Shown here in pieces: positions 9,814-21,866 of a stretch of DNA of 64,000 bases. Source of the stretch: an uncultured Planctomycetota bacterium (lineage in GTDB: Bacteria; Planctomycetota; Planctomycetia; Isosphaerales; Isosphaeraceae); the NCBI GenBank assembly GCA_963823665.1, contig CAWGMQ010000003.1:1024001-1088000 (forward strand). The letters are read 5' to 3'. How positions within the stretch are numbered: position 1 is the first letter of the stretch; every line of letters begins with the position of its first letter. The notes beneath the pieces are model-generated. The model had not been told where the DNA came from, did not search any database, and worked only from the letters and a program-made list of their open reading frames with translations. The position numbers were made by a program, and so were the translations under genes.

Positions 9814-11133
9814 GTGGTACGAGGATCAGTTGAGCCTGCTGGCAGCGAAAAGAGCTCCTGCGGCGAAGTCGTGACGCCCGCGAACGGCGAAGGAGCGCCC
9901 GAGCTCGAGCTGGAATTCGCTGACGCAGAAGTCGCACGCCTGGCGCGCGGCAATCCGTGGCGGCTCTCCCACCTGATGTATGCGGTCGCCGTCGTGGCGA
10001 TCTTGCTCTGGCTGGGGATCGTCGTGGCCGGCTCGGTTGTCGCCGTGCTGCTCATCGGCGTGGCTCTGTTGCTCATCCTGTTCGTCGCCGCGATGGGAAG
10101 CATGGCGATCCTGGCGTGGGGGTCGGCGACAAAGCAAAATGCGCTTTTGCATATCCTGGCGATCGCTGCGGAACGAGGAATGCCCCTGGCACCGGCAGTT
10201 GCTGCGTTCGCCGACCAGTACCGCGGACTGAGGCACCGGCGAGTGATGCACTTGGCCGCCCGCTTGAACTGGGGCGCAACTCTTCCAGACGCGCTCGAAG
10301 GCTCGCGCTCGCTCGTGACGCGCGACGCGACGCTCCTGGCGTGGGTGGGGCAGGGCGCCGGCAAGCTCCCGAAGGCGCTCCGAACCGCCGCCGAATCGCG
10401 CTCGAGCCAGCTTCCGATCTGGACGAGCATCGCGTCGCGACTGGCTTACATCCTCGTGCTCGTGCTCGTCATGCAGATCATCAGTGGATTCATCCTTTAT
10501 TTTATCGTGCCCAAATTCGAGTCGATCTTCAGAGACTTCAATCTCCCGCTGCCGCGGGTCACGATCGCGGTCATCGAGGCGGCCCACTATTTCATCGCGT
10601 TCGCACCGGTGACGTCGTTCATTCCGCTTGCCGAGGTGATCCTTCTGATCTTCTTGCCTATTTCGTTCCTGAGCTGGGGAAATTACAGCGTGCCCGTCGT
10701 CGACCGATTGCTGGGCCGGCGCCATATGGCACTGGTGCTGCGATCACTGTCTCTCTTCGTCGAGGGAGGCAAGCCGATCGCGCAGGGGCTCGCGCTGCTC
10801 GCCGCGCATTACCCGACCTTCTGGTTTCGTCGCCGGCTGCGCGGAGCCGACAAGTACGTTCGAGGAGGCGTCGATTGGATCGAAGCGCTCAGGCGCCACG
10901 GCGTGATCCGGGCCGCGGACGCCGCCGTTCTGACTTCAGCCGAATCGGTCGGGAACCTGGCCTGGGCCCTCGAGGAGCTTGCGGAAACAGCAGAGCGCCG
11001 GCTTGCCACCCGGATTCAGCTCGTGATTCAGACATCCTTTCCACTCGTTGTGATCATCCTGGGCGTTCTGGTGTTTATCCTGGCGACGGCCTACTTTCTG
11101 CCGCTGGTTACCCTGATCCAGAAACTGACTTGA
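9814..11133 (+). CDS. GspF/PilC family platform protein 3 with extra N-terminal TM hairpin
   Basis: ERGMPLAPA, GATLPDAL, FIVPKFESIFRDFNLPLPRVT, AESVGNLAWAL, AYFLPLVTLI. Confidence 0.88.
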   Translation: MVRGSVEPAGSEKSSCGEVVTPANGEGAPELELEFADAEVARLARGNPWRLSHLMYAVAVVAILLWLGIVVAGSVVAVLLIGVALLLILFVAAMGSMAILAWGSATKQNALLHILAIAAERGMPLAPAVAAFADQYRGLRHRRVMHLAARLNWGATLPDALEGSRSLVTRDATLLAWVGQGAGKLPKALRTAAESRSSQLPIWTSIASRLAYILVLVLVMQIISGFILYFIVPKFESIFRDFNLPLPRVTIAVIEAAHYFIAFAPVTSFIPLAEVILLIFLPISFLSWGNYSVPVVDRLLGRRHMALVLRSLSLFVEGGKPIAQGLALLAAHYPTFWFRRRLRGADKYVRGGVDWIEALRRHGVIRAADAAVLTSAESVGNLAWALEELAETAERRLATRIQLVIQTSFPLVVIILGVLVFILATAYFLPLVTLIQKLT

Positions 11134-11135
11134 AT

Positions 11136-11633
11136 ATGATTTTGTTCCATTCTCACAAATCCGATTGGCCGCACGACCAAGGGACGCAGCCTCCCCGCGA
11201 GAAAGTTGGCAAGCCGCCCGGCAATCGCCGTGGCTCGCTGCTCGCCGAGGTGGGCATCTCGACGGTTGTGCTCACGATCGTGATGGGGCTCACGGTCAAG
11301 GTGCTGGGGACGATCGCCCAGGAGCGCCGGGCCGCTTCGGAACGGCAACAAGGCACACTTGAAGTTGGGAATCTGATGGAACGCATCACCGCTTATCCGT
11401 TCGAGCAGGTCACGCCGGAGCTCGCTCGGAGCATGGCGGTCTCGGATCTGGCGCGTCGATCGCTGCGCGACAGCGAGCTGGCGATCGAGGTGAGCGGTGC
11501 CGGCCAGAGCGGCGCGGCGAGGCGACCGGCCAAGCGAGTGATGATCCGGCTGCGATGGAAGGGAGCGGGGGGGCAGTGGCAAAGCCCGGTGCGGCTCACC
11601 TCGTGGGTCGAGCCCGGGAGGGCAAGCCCATGA
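11136..11633 (+). CDS. Minor pseudopilin (GspI/PilV-like)
   Basis: Class III signal RRG|SLLAEVGIS followed by a hydrophobic helix. ATG 11136 lies just after the upstream stop. Confidence 0.75.
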   Translation: MILFHSHKSDWPHDQGTQPPREKVGKPPGNRRGSLLAEVGISTVVLTIVMGLTVKVLGTIAQERRAASERQQGTLEVGNLMERITAYPFEQVTPELARSMAVSDLARRSLRDSELAIEVSGAGQSGAARRPAKRVMIRLRWKGAGGQWQSPVRLTSWVEPGRASP

Positions 11634-12205
11634 TTCGGCAAAACCGGAGCGCCGGCACGAGGGCGCCGCGCCGCGGCATCACGATGATCGAGACTCTGAT
11701 CCTGGTCACGTGTGTGGCCATCATGCTCGGGCTCGTGGCGGTCACGATTCAAGTGATGCTGCGGCTGGTTGCGGACAGCCAGTCCCGGCTCAGCTCTTCG
11801 CTCATGCTCGAGCGGCTGGCGCGCCAGCTTCGCTCCGATGTGCATCGGAGCCAGACCGCCGTCGTGGAAGGCGCCGCGGGGAAGGCAGCGGCCCCGCACG
11901 CTGCTGTGAAACTGGAGCCGGAGCCCGGCCGGTTGGTGACTTACCACATGCGTGGCAACTCCCTCGATCGTGACGAGACGGCGGCAGGAAAACGGGTCAG
12001 GCACGAATCGTTCGTGTTGCCGCGCGGGCATCACGCGCGGTTCGAGCCCGGCGTCCTCGCCGGGCGGACGACCGTCTCGCTCTGGATCGAGCCCGGCCCG
12101 GAATCAAGCCCTGTCGGGGCAGTTCGAGCGCTCGAGGTGCTGGCCGTGGTGGGCAAGCATCGGGGCGTGGCGCTCGCACAAAAATCGGAGGAGCCCAAGC
12201 CATGA
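11630..12205 (+). CDS. Minor pseudopilin (GspJ/PilW-like)
   Basis: RRG|ITMIETLILV prepilin motif with E5; ATGA overlaps on both sides. Confidence 0.82.
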   Translation: MIRQNRSAGTRAPRRGITMIETLILVTCVAIMLGLVAVTIQVMLRLVADSQSRLSSSLMLERLARQLRSDVHRSQTAVVEGAAGKAAAPHAAVKLEPEPGRLVTYHMRGNSLDRDETAAGKRVRHESFVLPRGHHARFEPGVLAGRTTVSLWIEPGPESSPVGAVRALEVLAVVGKHRGVALAQKSEEPKP

Positions 12206-12669
12206 TCAAGCGTAAAGGGAGCAAGCCGCGGCGGGGGCTGATGGTGGTCGCCGTCTTGGTCTGCCTGGTCGTGATGATGCTGCTTGGAGCCGCGCTCCTC
12301 AAAGTGGCACTACTGGAGCGCGAAAGCAATCGCGAGGCGGAACGGAGGCTCCAAGCCGAGTGGCTCGTGGAGTCGGGCCTCGAGCGAGCGCGTGCAAGAC
12401 TGGCGGCCGATGCGAGCTACTCCGGTGAGACCTGGACGCAGAGCGCGGCCGATCTGGGCCTCGCGGAGCCGGCTCCGGCGAGCGCCCTTGAGCGAAACGG
12501 CGATCGTGCCGTGGGTGTCGTCACGATCTCCATCGATCGCTCGGGCGGAGAAGGCCGCCGCCTCGTCCGCGTTCAAGCCGATTATCTCTGCGGCGGGACG
12601 CACCCGTCGCGGCATTCCGAAGAACAACTCATCGATCTCGAAGCACAAAAGACTGGAGCGAAGCCATGA
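12202..12669 (+). CDS. Minor pseudopilin (GspK/PilX-like)
   Basis: RRG|LMVVAVLV lacking E5, then QAEWLVESGLERA, typical of PilX/GspK N-termini. Confidence 0.78.
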   Translation: MIKRKGSKPRRGLMVVAVLVCLVVMMLLGAALLKVALLERESNREAERRLQAEWLVESGLERARARLAADASYSGETWTQSAADLGLAEPAPASALERNGDRAVGVVTISIDRSGGEGRRLVRVQADYLCGGTHPSRHSEEQLIDLEAQKTGAKP

Positions 12670-13643
12670 CTTCGGATGTTCGTTCTCGATCTCTTAGATT
12701 CCATGATCGTTGCCGAGCCCGGCGGCGCGGAGCAGTCGCGGGGGGATTCACGCTGATCGAGCTGCTGGTCGTGATCGCGATCATCTCGGTATTGATCGCG
12801 CTTCTGCTGCCGGCGGTGCAGGCGGCGCGTGAAGCGGCCCGGCGGGCCCAGTGCTGCAACAACCTCATGCAGCTCGGAATGACGCTCCAAAACTACGAGG
12901 CGGCGTACGAGCGGCTGCCGCCGGGCGTGGTGAGCGACAGCGACCCGGTGCTCGATCAAGCCAAGGGCTACCACTTCGGCTGGCTGACCCAGATTCTGCC
13001 CTTCTGCGAGCAGCGCAATATCTACAATCACCTGAATTTCAAGGCCGGCGTCTACGACGCTCCGAACTCGACGTGCCGGACGATCCTGGTCGATGGTTTT
13101 CTCTGTCCTTCAGACCTGGGCAACATGCGCCGCGGCCCGACAGGACTGGCCATGACGAGCTACGCCGGATGCCACAACGATGTCGAAGCCCCGATCTCGG
13201 CCAAGAACAATGGCGTACTGTACTTGAACAGCTCGATACGACTCGATGACGTGACCGACGGGTCGTCCCAGACGATCTTCATCTCCGAGAAGCTCAACGA
13301 TGGTCTCGACCAAGGGTGGCTCTCGGGCACCCGCGCCAGCTTGCGAAACATGGGCTCGAATGGCTGGTCGCGTCGGGCCGGCCAGGTCACTTTCACGATC
13401 TTCAGCGATGACGACGGCGCCGGCGCGGCGGGAAGCAGCGTGGAGAAAGTCTTCGGGGTCGGCGACGGCGAAAAGGCCGATGCGTTGTTCGTCGGTGGGT
13501 TCGGCAGCCGCCATCCCGGCGGCCAGAATGTCGCGTTCGGCGACGGGTCGGTGCGGTTCCTCAAATCCTCGAACAGCATCCGCGTTCGATGGCAGCTAGC
13601 GAATCGGGCGGACGGCGAACTCTTGAGCTCGGACCAATACTAA
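12666..13643 (+). CDS. DUF1559 prepilin-type protein 1
   Basis: G|FTLIELLVVIAII...LLLPAVQAAREAARRAQC.NNL, DVTDGSSQT, SRHPGGQNVAFGDGSVRF (H-X9-DG). Confidence 0.95.
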   Translation: MTSDVRSRSLRFHDRCRARRRGAVAGGFTLIELLVVIAIISVLIALLLPAVQAAREAARRAQCCNNLMQLGMTLQNYEAAYERLPPGVVSDSDPVLDQAKGYHFGWLTQILPFCEQRNIYNHLNFKAGVYDAPNSTCRTILVDGFLCPSDLGNMRRGPTGLAMTSYAGCHNDVEAPISAKNNGVLYLNSSIRLDDVTDGSSQTIFISEKLNDGLDQGWLSGTRASLRNMGSNGWSRRAGQVTFTIFSDDDGAGAAGSSVEKVFGVGDGEKADALFVGGFGSRHPGGQNVAFGDGSVRFLKSSNSIRVRWQLANRADGELLSSDQY

Positions 13644-13659
13644 CCAAGCCGGAGAGACG

Positions 13660-14550
13660 ATGAACCGCAGCAAGCGCGGATTCACGATGCTGGAGCTGAT
13701 GATCGTGATGGCGATCATCGCGATCCTGATCGCCCTGCTCCTGCCGGCCATTCAATCCGCGCGCGAGACGGCCCGGCGCACCCAGTGCTCGGGCAACATG
13801 GCCCAACTGGGAGTCGCCTTCGCCAATTACGTGGCAACCCACTCGGTGCTACCGCCTGGCGTCGTGAACGACACCGGGCCGATTCAAAACTTGCCCAGAG
13901 GCTACCACCATAGCTGGGTGGTGCAAATCCTGCCGTTTATTGGACAGGCGAATACATATAGTCATTTTAATTTCACGTCGAGCGTCTACGCCGTGGCCAA
14001 CGACACGGTGGCCGGGATCAAGATCTCGACGCTGCTTTGCCCGAGCTCACCGTTGAACGGCCATACCAACTATGCGGGCTGCCACAACGACGTCGATGCG
14101 GCGATTGACTCGAATAACCACGGAGTGCTCTACCTGAACAGCCGCGTCCGCTACGACGAGATCGTGGATGGGACGAATCAAACGATCCTGCTCGGCGAGA
14201 TCGCGGACGCGCCGACGCTGGGATGGGTGTCGGGAACCCGCTCGACGTTGCGCAACACCGGCGTGCCGATGAACGACCGGGACGCGCTCAAAGGGCAGAA
14301 GAACCTACCAGGCACATTTTCGGGCCCAAATCCGCGCGACGTTATCTTTGAGACGATTGGCTCGCTTGTGGAAGCGGAGTTGTGGCCGGTCGAGCGGACC
14401 GGCGGTTTCTCGAGCTTTCACGGCACGACGTGCAACTTCCTGTTCTGCGACGGCTCCGTTCGATCGCTCAAGCAGTCGATCGATGCGCGTGTGTACCGGC
14501 TACTGGGAAACCGCGCCGATGGCGAGCCGATCAGCGCCGATTCCTATTGA
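13660..14550 (+). CDS. DUF1559 prepilin-type protein 2
   Basis: RG|FTMLELMIV, LLPAIQSARETARR, EIVDGTNQT, SFHGTTCNFLFCDGSVR. Confidence 0.95.
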   Translation: MNRSKRGFTMLELMIVMAIIAILIALLLPAIQSARETARRTQCSGNMAQLGVAFANYVATHSVLPPGVVNDTGPIQNLPRGYHHSWVVQILPFIGQANTYSHFNFTSSVYAVANDTVAGIKISTLLCPSSPLNGHTNYAGCHNDVDAAIDSNNHGVLYLNSRVRYDEIVDGTNQTILLGEIADAPTLGWVSGTRSTLRNTGVPMNDRDALKGQKNLPGTFSGPNPRDVIFETIGSLVEAELWPVERTGGFSSFHGTTCNFLFCDGSVRSLKQSIDARVYRLLGNRADGEPISADSY

Positions 14551-14612
14551 ACGCGACTTGCACTGGCACGTCGCGCTCCGCTTGCAATAACACAAGAGGA
14601 GGCGGGTAGCGC

Positions 14613-15524
14613 TTGGCAGCGAAACGGCGGTCTGGTTTCACGCTGGTCGAGCTGATGATGGTCGTGATGATCATCGCGGCGCTCCTTTACTTGCTTCTGC
14701 CGGCGATCCAGGCCGCGAAGGAAAGGGCCCGGCGAGCACAGTGTGCGAGCAATTTGATGCAACTCGGCACGGCGATGAGCTGCTACGCTTCAACCCACTC
14801 TTGCTTGCCGCCCGGCGTGGTGAATGATTCCGGGCCGATCAAGAACTTGCCGAGCGGCTACCATCATAGCTGGGTGGTTCAGATCCTTCCGTTTATCGGA
14901 GAAAGCAACACTTACAATCATTTTGACCATATGAAGAGCGTGTACGACGCTGCCAATGACACGGTAGCCGGGATGAGGATCAGTGTTTTGATTTGCCCGT
15001 CGGAAAACCGGCGGTGGGGCGCGTATCACAGCTACGCTGGATGCCACCACGACGTCGACGAGCCGATCAACTCAGACAACCGCGGCCTGCTCTACTTGAA
15101 CAGCCATGTCCGGTATGACGAGATCACCGACGGCCCGTCTTATACATTTCTGATCGGCGAATTCTTGAATCGAAGCGCGACGCTCGGTTGGGTCTCCGGA
15201 ACGCGGTCCACGTTGCGCAATACGGGACTGCCGTTAAACGAACGCGACTCGGAGCTCGCGTTCAGGCGTTTGCCGTACACCGCCGCCCCCGCCGCCGAGC
15301 GTCGTCCACGTGAAGAGATGTTCGAAGAAACTAAAGCGGCTGCCGACGACGGCTCATGGCCGATCGAGCTGACCGGCGCTTTTTCGAGCAATCACGCCCA
15401 GGCATGCAACTTTCTGTTCGGCGACGGCTCGGTCCGTGCGGTGCACAACTCGGTCGACACGAGTGTTTACCTGCGACTGGGAAACCGCGCCGATGGCGAG
15501 CCGATCAGCAGCGATTCTTATTGA
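14613..15524 (+). CDS. DUF1559 prepilin-type protein 3
   Basis: SG|FTLVELMMV, EITDGPSYT, SNHAQACNFLFGDGSVR. TTG start after a GAGGAGG RBS. Confidence 0.93.
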   Translation: MAAKRRSGFTLVELMMVVMIIAALLYLLLPAIQAAKERARRAQCASNLMQLGTAMSCYASTHSCLPPGVVNDSGPIKNLPSGYHHSWVVQILPFIGESNTYNHFDHMKSVYDAANDTVAGMRISVLICPSENRRWGAYHSYAGCHHDVDEPINSDNRGLLYLNSHVRYDEITDGPSYTFLIGEFLNRSATLGWVSGTRSTLRNTGLPLNERDSELAFRRLPYTAAPAAERRPREEMFEETKAAADDGSWPIELTGAFSSNHAQACNFLFGDGSVRAVHNSVDTSVYLRLGNRADGEPISSDSY

Positions 15525-17131
15525 ACGCCACGAACCGGGTTGGCGACATCGCGCAGGTACCGCCACTGGTCCGGCACCTCGATGAGCGAGGGGCCGTCGC
15601 GATCGAGTGCTTCGCGCACGGCTTCATCGAGCTCTCCGGGAGTTGTGGCGCGGCGGCCGGCGACGCCGTAGGCATGCGCAAGCGCAACGAAATCGGGATT
15701 GTTGAGCTCGACGTCGAGGTAGCGCTTCTCGTGATTGCGGTCCTGGATGTTCTTGATCGCACCATATGTTGAATCGTTGTGCACGAGCGCGATGACGCGG
15801 AGGCGGTACCTGGCCGCGGTGGCGAGCTCCTGAGCCGTCATCAGAAAGCCGCCGTCGCCGCTGACGACCGCAACGGGCCCGCCGCCGCGGGCGACAGCCG
15901 CGCCCACGGCTGCCGGGAATGCCCAGCCGAGCGTGATAAAGTTTGACGGGTAGAAGAACAGGCGCGGCCCGTGCGAGATCCAGTCGGCGTGCATGCGATA
16001 GCCAATTTCGCAGGCGTCTGTGAAGACCGGTACGTCACCCGGCAACGCAGCCCGCAGCGTTTCGATCAGCCACTCGGGCCGTGCCGGGCGCGCGGATCGG
16101 GCATCCTCCCAGATCGAGCCCCAGCCGTCGCGTGGCGGCGACTCCGGCAACGCCGCGGAGATTGCCTCAACCGCCGATCGGGCATCGGCGACGATTCCCA
16201 GTCGAACGGGGAAGTTCATACCGATCTGGCTTGAGTCGAGGTCGATCTGGATCAAGTTGGCGGGCACGGTCATGCGCCGCCAGTCGGTCATCACTTCGGT
16301 GAAACGGCAGCCGACGGCGAGCATCACGTCGGCATGCGGGAGAGCGGCCTTCGCGCGGGCAGACCGCGCATGGCCGAGCGAGAAGGGATGGCGTTCATCG
16401 AGCAGACCTTTGCCGTTCAAGGTGGTGAGTACGGGAGCGCCCAGGCGGCGAGCCAGACCTGCGATGGCTTCGGCCGCGCCAGACCAGAGAGCGCCGCCGC
16501 CGGCCAGGATGATCGGGCGTGCCGCGCTCGAGAGCAGCTCGGCGGCTTGCGCGATTGCCGCTTCCGGCGCACGTGCGGGTTCGGACGATTGGAAGTCGAT
16601 CGGATGGACCGACTCGGAGCAGGCGGCGCGCATCAGGTCTTGCGGAAGGAACACCGCGGCCGGTCGCGCACGGCCGGTGGTCATGGCCTGGAATGCACTG
16701 GCGAGGAAGGACGGGATCTGCTCGACTGCTCGTACGGTTCCGCACCACTTGGTGGCGGGCTGGAAGATTCGCTCGAGGTCGATCTCGTGGTAATTGCCGC
16801 ACTCGCGATCGAGCGTCGCGGCGTTGACCTGGCCCGAGACCAGGAGGATCGGCACGGAATCGGCCCAGCATTCGGCCACGCCGGAGAGTGCATTGGTCGC
16901 TCCCGGGCCGGCGGTCGTGCAGACGATGCCGGGAAGGCCGGTGACCCGCGCGTATCCGTCGGCGGCGAAGGCGCCGGCCTGCTCATTGCGAATCAAGACG
17001 GTTTCGATCAGGCCAGGGCGTCGCGCAATCGCGTCGTAGATCATGGTCGAGTGCGAGCCGGGCATTCCGAAAAGATGCCGGACACCGAAGTGACGCAAAC
17101 ACTCGACCAGAACGTCGGCGCCGTTTCTCAT
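15518..17131 (-). CDS. Thiamine pyrophosphate-dependent enzyme (acetolactate synthase-like family)
   Basis: GVRHLFGMPG, RNEQAGAFAADGYAR, GPGATN, TPP motif SGDGGF...HNDSTYG. Confidence 0.92.
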   Translation of the reverse strand: MRNGADVLVECLRHFGVRHLFGMPGSHSTMIYDAIARRPGLIETVLIRNEQAGAFAADGYARVTGLPGIVCTTAGPGATNALSGVAECWADSVPILLVSGQVNAATLDRECGNYHEIDLERIFQPATKWCGTVRAVEQIPSFLASAFQAMTTGRARPAAVFLPQDLMRAACSESVHPIDFQSSEPARAPEAAIAQAAELLSSAARPIILAGGGALWSGAAEAIAGLARRLGAPVLTTLNGKGLLDERHPFSLGHARSARAKAALPHADVMLAVGCRFTEVMTDWRRMTVPANLIQIDLDSSQIGMNFPVRLGIVADARSAVEAISAALPESPPRDGWGSIWEDARSARPARPEWLIETLRAALPGDVPVFTDACEIGYRMHADWISHGPRLFFYPSNFITLGWAFPAAVGAAVARGGGPVAVVSGDGGFLMTAQELATAARYRLRVIALVHNDSTYGAIKNIQDRNHEKRYLDVELNNPDFVALAHAYGVAGRRATTPGELDEAVREALDRDGPSLIEVPDQWRYLRDVANPVRGVQ

Positions 17132-17426
17132 CACGAAGACCCTCGACTGACCAACCGCGGCTAGAGCACTCGATGACGCACCCAAGATAATTCCGGCGAA
17201 ATCAAGTCGCGTCAATCGCGCGCGAATTCCTTCAACACGGCGTTCTTAGCGTCTGGAATTGTAACAGGTTGTGGTCGATATGCTCGACGACTTGCCGTGA
17301 GAAGGGACTACCTTCTCCTGATTTGGCGCCAGATCGTGTACGATGTCAGCGATCGTGATGACGAGGGAAGTCGATTGCAGTGGGACGGCTGCGGCGCGGA
17401 GCGCCCGTGAGCCGGCCCAGGAAGGT

Positions 17427-17816
17427 ATGAGGATTCGGAAGATGGAGTCCAAGAAACCACCCAAGCGCCGCACCGTTCGGAGCGTCGCCGCCACCGCAAA
17501 CCGCCGGGAGCCTGTCGCCGATGGCCCGGTGATCCTCGACTTTGTGAAATGCCGGATCGAGGCATTCAACCGAGAGCAAGGAGGCGGCGTGTCCGTGAAC
17601 AGGGACGACACCGGTTACATCCTGTCAGGCGAGGACACCGGCGTTCCGATCGCCAAGCTGCGCAGCAAGGGAAAACGCGGGGAGTTTCAAGTGCTCTACT
17701 GGAGCCGCGAGACCGGGCGCTGGCGGATGGTGAGCCTCTTCGGCGGATCGGTCTTCTCTCTCGACGAAGCACTAGACTTCATTTCGAACGACCCGATGGA
17801 GTGCTTCTGGAGTTAG
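17427..17816 (+). CDS. DUF3024-like hypothetical protein
   Basis: PIAKLR...FQVLYWSRETGRW...LDEALDFISNDPMECFW matches the DUF3024 pattern from memory. Start uncertain (17343, 17427 or 17442). Confidence 0.6.
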   Translation: MRIRKMESKKPPKRRTVRSVAATANRREPVADGPVILDFVKCRIEAFNREQGGGVSVNRDDTGYILSGEDTGVPIAKLRSKGKRGEFQVLYWSRETGRWRMVSLFGGSVFSLDEALDFISNDPMECFWS

Positions 17817-19378
17817 GGCAGGTACGATGCCGCCAGCTTCTTGAACTCGGCCGTTTGCTCGCTTTGCCATGCGGCGGAGCGGCCCAGCTCTTCTCCAAGC
17901 AGCGCGGCGACCGTGGCCGCGGCTTCGCCGCTGGCTCGAGCGTCGAGGAAAAGCGCGCGGGTGCGGCGAGCAAGCACGTCGTGGACGCAACGCGCGGCTT
18001 CGTGACGCGCGGCCCACACGGCTTCGCCTGCCAGGTACGGCAACGATGGATGGAGCGGCTGGGCCCACTCCGGCCGCTCGTTGCAAAGGCCGGCCAGCGC
18101 CGGCGCATCGGAACCATAGACCGCGAGCGGGTCGGCGCCGTTGTGTTCGAGCAGCCGCCATCCGTGAAGCTGGAGCGTGTCCGTGGCCGAGGGCACGTGC
18201 GGGAGGCCGCCCGCCCTGATCGCGCAATCGACGGCGTCAACAGCCATCCGCCGGTACGTCGTCCATTTTCCGCCGGTGATGGTCACCAGCCCCGAGTCCG
18301 ACAACATCACCGCGTGCTCACGCGAGAGTCTGGCCGTTTGCTCGCCGGCCTTGCCGCGCAACAGCGGACGCAGGCCGGCGAACGTGGAGAGAACGTCACC
18401 GCGGACGGGCGCGCGGTTGAAGTATCGCGCGAGATAGCCCAGCAGATAAGTGATCTCGTCGCCGAGCGGTCGAGGCTCGAGCGTGACGTCCGCGACCGGC
18501 GTGTCGGTTGTGCCTACCAGCACGCGGCCGTGCCAGGGAATCGCGAAGATCACGCGGCCGTCGTCGGTGCGCGGAACGAGCAGCGCCGTATCACCGGGAA
18601 AGAACGATGCGTCAAGCACCAGGTGCGTGCCCTGGCTGGGGCTCACGATCGGCTGGGCCGCAACGTCATCCAGACGTCTGACCGCGTCGACTCGGGCGCC
18701 CGCCGCATTGATCACCGAGCGAGCATCGACCCGAAACTCCTCTCCGGTCTCGGCATCGTGCGCCACGACCTCGGCGATCCGCCCGCCCCGTTTGTTGAAA
18801 CCGACGACATTCGCGTAATTGAGCGCAGTGCCGCCCAGGGCCGCCAGTGTCCGCGCCAGGGAAATCGCCAGCCGGGCGTCGTCGAACTGTCCGTCGGTAT
18901 AAACAATTCCCCCGCGCAGGCCCTCAGAGCGAACCGCGGGCACTCGCGCGACGACCTGCTCTCGGCCGAGCCAGCGCGAGTGGCCCAAGCTGAGCGAGCC
19001 GGACATCCAGTCGTAGACCTTGAGGCCGATTCCATAATAGGGAAGCGCGAGCCACGCATACGCCGGGACCACAAAGTCGCGGCGGTGGACCAGATGAGGC
19101 GCGTTGCGCAGCAAGACTCCGCGCTCGTGCAGGGCTTCGCGCACGAGGCCGAAGTTGCCCTGTGCGAGGTACCGAACCCCGCCGTGGATCAGCTTCGTGC
19201 TGCGGCTCGATGTCCCGTGAGCGAAGTCGAACGCTTCGAGCAGAAGCGTGCGATAGCCTCGTGAAGCCGCGTCGACCGCGGAACCTAACCCGGTGGCCCC
19301 ACCGCCAATTACGACGACGTCCCAAGCATTGCGTTCCCGCAGTCGATCGAGGTTTTCTTCGCGAGCGAGTGATGGCAT
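17813..19378 (-). CDS. glpD: FAD-dependent glycerol-3-phosphate dehydrogenase/oxidase
   Basis: [56 protein letters not shown]. Confidence 0.95.
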   Translation of the reverse strand: MPSLAREENLDRLRERNAWDVVVIGGGATGLGSAVDAASRGYRTLLLEAFDFAHGTSSRSTKLIHGGVRYLAQGNFGLVREALHERGVLLRNAPHLVHRRDFVVPAYAWLALPYYGIGLKVYDWMSGSLSLGHSRWLGREQVVARVPAVRSEGLRGGIVYTDGQFDDARLAISLARTLAALGGTALNYANVVGFNKRGGRIAEVVAHDAETGEEFRVDARSVINAAGARVDAVRRLDDVAAQPIVSPSQGTHLVLDASFFPGDTALLVPRTDDGRVIFAIPWHGRVLVGTTDTPVADVTLEPRPLGDEITYLLGYLARYFNRAPVRGDVLSTFAGLRPLLRGKAGEQTARLSREHAVMLSDSGLVTITGGKWTTYRRMAVDAVDCAIRAGGLPHVPSATDTLQLHGWRLLEHNGADPLAVYGSDAPALAGLCNERPEWAQPLHPSLPYLAGEAVWAARHEAARCVHDVLARRTRALFLDARASGEAAATVAALLGEELGRSAAWQSEQTAEFKKLAASYLP

Positions 19379-19520
19379 CGTGCTGTACTACAATAGTTCG
19401 ACAATCCCTTGGGCATTGCGAGTCTGCTCGAGCGAAGTTAGCCTTCAAAGGGGCGTGCGCATAGTCGAAATCTCGACGAAAGCGCTTTCGAATGAAGTTC
19501 AACAAGGGAGGAAATCAAGA

Positions 19521-20561
19521 ATGGAGACGATGCTGGCCCTCGTGAAGAAGGAGCCCAAGCCGGGCCTTTGGCTCGACGAGGTGCCAATGCCTCGCATCGG
19601 AATCAACGACGTCCTGATCAAGGTGCTGCGCACGGGAATCTGCGGCACCGACGTGCACATCGAGACCTGGGATGCCTGGGCAAGGAAGACCGTGCCGGTG
19701 CCTCTGGTCATCGGTCACGAATTCGTGGGTCAGATCGTCGAAGTCGGCGCGAACGTGACCGATTATCGCGTCGGCGAGATCGTCAGCGGCGAAGGGCACG
19801 TTGTCTGCGGGCGGTGCCGCAATTGCCTGGCCGGCCGGCGGCATCTTTGCAAGGACACCAAGGGAATCGGTGTGAATCGCCCGGGGGCTTTTGCTCAATA
19901 CCTGGCACTGCCGATGACGAACGTGTGGGCGCATGACCCCAGTATCCCCCGCGACGTGCAGTCGATCTTCGACCCGTTCGGCAACGCGGTGCATACGGCC
20001 CTTCAATTTGACTCGCTCGGCGAGGACGTGCTGATCACCGGCGCGGGGCCGATTGGAATCATGGCGGCGGCCGTGGTCCGGCACGCGGGCGCGCGCAACG
20101 TTGTGGTGACGGACGTCAACCCTTATCGCCTGGCGCTCGCAAAGCGGATGGGCGCCACCTTGACGGTCGACGTGCGCGAGCGATCGATCGAAAGCGCCCA
20201 GAAAGAGCTTGGAATGAAGGAAGGGTTTGACATCGGGCTCGAAATGTCGGGCAACCCCGATGCCTTCCGCGACATGCTGGCTAACATGTGTCATGGCGGC
20301 AAGATCGCCATGCTGGGCATCCCGACGCGCGAGATCGCGATCGACTGGAACACGGTCGTCTTCAACATGATCACGATCAAGGGAATCTATGGCCGCGAGA
20401 TGTATGAAACCTGGTACAAGATGACGGTCATGCTCCAATCGGGGCTCGACATCAGCCCGGTGATCACACACCGCTATGATTTCCGCGAGTTCGAGAAAGG
20501 CTTCGCTGCCATGAAGTCCGGCGAATCCGGCAAGGTCATTCTGACCTGGCACGAAGGATAA
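19521..20561 (+). CDS. tdh: L-threonine 3-dehydrogenase
   Basis: [48 protein letters not shown]; adjacent to kbl. Confidence 0.97.
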   Translation: METMLALVKKEPKPGLWLDEVPMPRIGINDVLIKVLRTGICGTDVHIETWDAWARKTVPVPLVIGHEFVGQIVEVGANVTDYRVGEIVSGEGHVVCGRCRNCLAGRRHLCKDTKGIGVNRPGAFAQYLALPMTNVWAHDPSIPRDVQSIFDPFGNAVHTALQFDSLGEDVLITGAGPIGIMAAAVVRHAGARNVVVTDVNPYRLALAKRMGATLTVDVRERSIESAQKELGMKEGFDIGLEMSGNPDAFRDMLANMCHGGKIAMLGIPTREIAIDWNTVVFNMITIKGIYGREMYETWYKMTVMLQSGLDISPVITHRYDFREFEKGFAAMKSGESGKVILTWHEG

Positions 20562-20608
20562 GCCTTTCCGCCTGACTCCCGATCAATCCAGACTAAGGGC
20601 CCAGCACC

Positions 20609-21794
<1,186 letters not shown>

Positions 21795-21866
21795 GAGGGA
21801 GGACGCGGGGAGCGGACACAAAGGGCTTGTCGATGTTGAACCCTGGTTCTCGCTGAGGACCAAGTT

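Noticed and set aside
9957..11135. Long alternative-frame ORFs (e.g. 9957..11633 5' part, 17549..19264, 41315..42454, 50127..51167)
   Set aside because: Shadow ORFs of high-GC coding regions with Arg/Ala/Pro-rich, motif-free translations overlapping well-supported genes.
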